DNA of 64,000 nt from Akkermansia muciniphila (lineage in GTDB: Bacteria > Verrucomicrobiota > Verrucomicrobiia > Verrucomicrobiales > V1-33): the NCBI GenBank assembly GCA_945861415.1, contig CAMAUV010000001.1, forward strand, positions 45,389 through 109,388, written 5' to 3'. Below the pieces are notes generated by a model that did no database searches, was not told the origin of the DNA, and saw only the letters and a list, made by a program, of their open reading frames with translations. How positions within the stretch are numbered: the first letter of the stretch is position 1; every line of letters starts with the position of its first letter. The translations under genes and the position numbers were made by a program. Positions 63,188 to 64,000 of this stretch are shown piece by piece.

Positions 63188-64000
63188 ATGAAGCAAGCCA
63201 TTTTCAAACACAGCCTGTGGGCATCAGTGACGATCAGTGCCTTTTTCATCGGGCAACGCATGTCGGATTCGCTGAGCAACCCGAACGCCGGGGAGCCGCA
63301 GCAACGGCACAGGAGCCTCTCCACGTCCTCAAACGGGACTACTTCGGCCACCGCGACCGACGCAAGGTTGTTTGACCCCAGCTCAAGCAGCGCGCGAGCC
63401 GGAGGGGACAAAGCGCACGGGTCGCTAGGCTCCGACCCACTTTCGCAGGAAATGATCGAATCTTTGGTCAGAGCCTCCATCAAGTCTGGCAGTCCGCTGG
63501 ATCGCCGGCTGGCCTTCGATAATATCCTTCGGGAGATGCAATCTCCCGGCTTCACGACGGAGCAAGCCATGGCGATTCGGAATGCGATGCTCAAGGGTGG
63601 CGCAAACGAAGAGGATTTGAAGCTCTTCGATTACGCATGGGCAGCGAAAAATCCGGATGCTGCGTTGGCTTATCTCAAGGAGATCCCGGAGCAGCAGCGC
63701 TACGCATTCCTCAACAACATGCTTCCAGGACTGGCGAGCCAGAATCCCCGGATGGCGATCGATCTCTTCAAATCGTTGGAACCCGAGTTGCAGACCAGAA
63801 CCCGGCCCAGGTTCCTCGAAGGGCTCGTCGATAACGATGCGGAGGTCGCTACAGACTATCTTTACAAATCCACTGACGCAGAGAACTACAACTGGCGTCC
63901 CATGGACGAACTGGCTCGGGAACTGGTGCGAGACCGGGGTCTGGACGCAACCCTGGAGTGGGCCGGGGAGCTTCCGGATGGTCCCCTGCGGGGTAGCGCC
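63188..64000 (+). CDS. membrane-anchored hypothetical protein with a helical-repeat-like body (3' end outside the window)
   Basis: The ATG at 63188 lies 9 nt after the FecR stop. The frame is open to the window edge (271 codons by my manual translation). The N-terminal TM is SLWASVTISAFFIG. The ORF is absent from the track because it has no stop; track ORF 63175..63594 (-) is its shadow. Confidence 0.6.
   Translation, partial: MKQAIFKHSLWASVTISAFFIGQRMSDSLSNPNAGEPQQRHRSLSTSSNGTTSATATDARLFDPSSSSARAGGDKAHGSLGSDPLSQEMIESLVRASIKSGSPLDRRLAFDNILREMQSPGFTTEQAMAIRNAMLKGGANEEDLKLFDYAWAAKNPDAALAYLKEIPEQQRYAFLNNMLPGLASQNPRMAIDLFKSLEPELQTRTRPRFLEGLVDNDAEVATDYLYKSTDAENYNWRPMDELARELVRDRGLDATLEWAGELPDGPLRGSA

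Noticed and set aside
63175-63594. A 139-aa minus-strand ORF after fecR
   Set aside because: It is antisense to a longer + strand frame that starts 9 nt after the FecR stop, has an N-terminal TM segment, and stays open to the window edge.
1-64000. Global reassignment of TAG to a sense codon, as an explanation for the in-frame TAGs
   Set aside because: TAG terminates rpmB (15289), asd (13843) and uppS (7065) at their expected family C-termini, so it functions as a stop here. Only partial or context-dependent read-through remains conceivable, and that is listed as a finding with low prior.
1-64000. CRISPR arrays, rRNA, tRNA, tmRNA, RNase P or SRP RNA genes, and intact IS elements or integrases
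   Set aside because: I scanned the intergenic gaps by eye (9979-10636, 12218-12532, 13094-13842, 15553-15932, 19524-20265, 28661-28833, 46742-46861, 47468-47595 and 58630-58662). I found no regularly spaced repeats, no tRNA T-arm/acceptor signatures, no conserved RNase P or SRP blocks, and no transposase or integrase ORF. An Infernal or tRNAscan run would be needed to be certain.

Overview
The window is a GC-rich bacterial chromosomal segment whose gene content points to the PVC superphylum, most likely Verrucomicrobiota. The indicators are PSCyt/DUF1549/DUF1553 and DUF1501 proteins, several formylglycine-type sulfatases, PQQ-like beta-propellers, and a Rhodopirellula/Verrucomicrobium-type ECF sigma with a FecR anti-sigma. 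This attribution comes from family recognition only; no search was possible. About 50 coding regions can be supported. Core genes include uppS, asd, rpmB, hpt, pdxH, moaD, dhaL, a MalY/PatB C-S lyase, an OGG-type glycosylase, a 2-hydroxyacid dehydrogenase, two ABC ATPases, a 1213-aa SNF2 helicase and a 1071-aa AddA-like helicase-nuclease. A 2080-aa thioester-containing alpha-2-macroglobulin occupies 40.5-46.7 kb. A sulfated-glycan-type locus at 47.6-58.6 kb holds an FAD oxidoreductase, a GH43 enzyme, two sulfatases and a translationally coupled PSCyt-DUF1553/DUF1501 pair. I found no rRNA, tRNA, CRISPR array or intact mobile element by eye. The most interesting signals are structural lesions and switches rather than a classical gene island: (1) a 16-bp unit in three tandem copies frameshifts a beta-propeller/EF-hand gene that heads an apparent operon with an ECF sigma, a FecR anti-sigma and a membrane protein; (2) in-frame TAG codons recur at sensible positions, one exactly between a signal peptide and the body of a serine hydrolase; (3) a T6 homopolymer separates a signal peptide from an FAD oxidoreductase; (4) several decayed gene stubs are present (ECF sigma, DUF1016 nuclease, secreted-protein N-termini). 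The uncharacterised PSCyt-DUF1553/DUF1501 pair inside the sulfatase cluster and the giant thioester A2M without a PBP1C partner are the best candidates for poorly understood systems. All family calls rest on motif recognition, and no numbers were computed beyond coordinate arithmetic.
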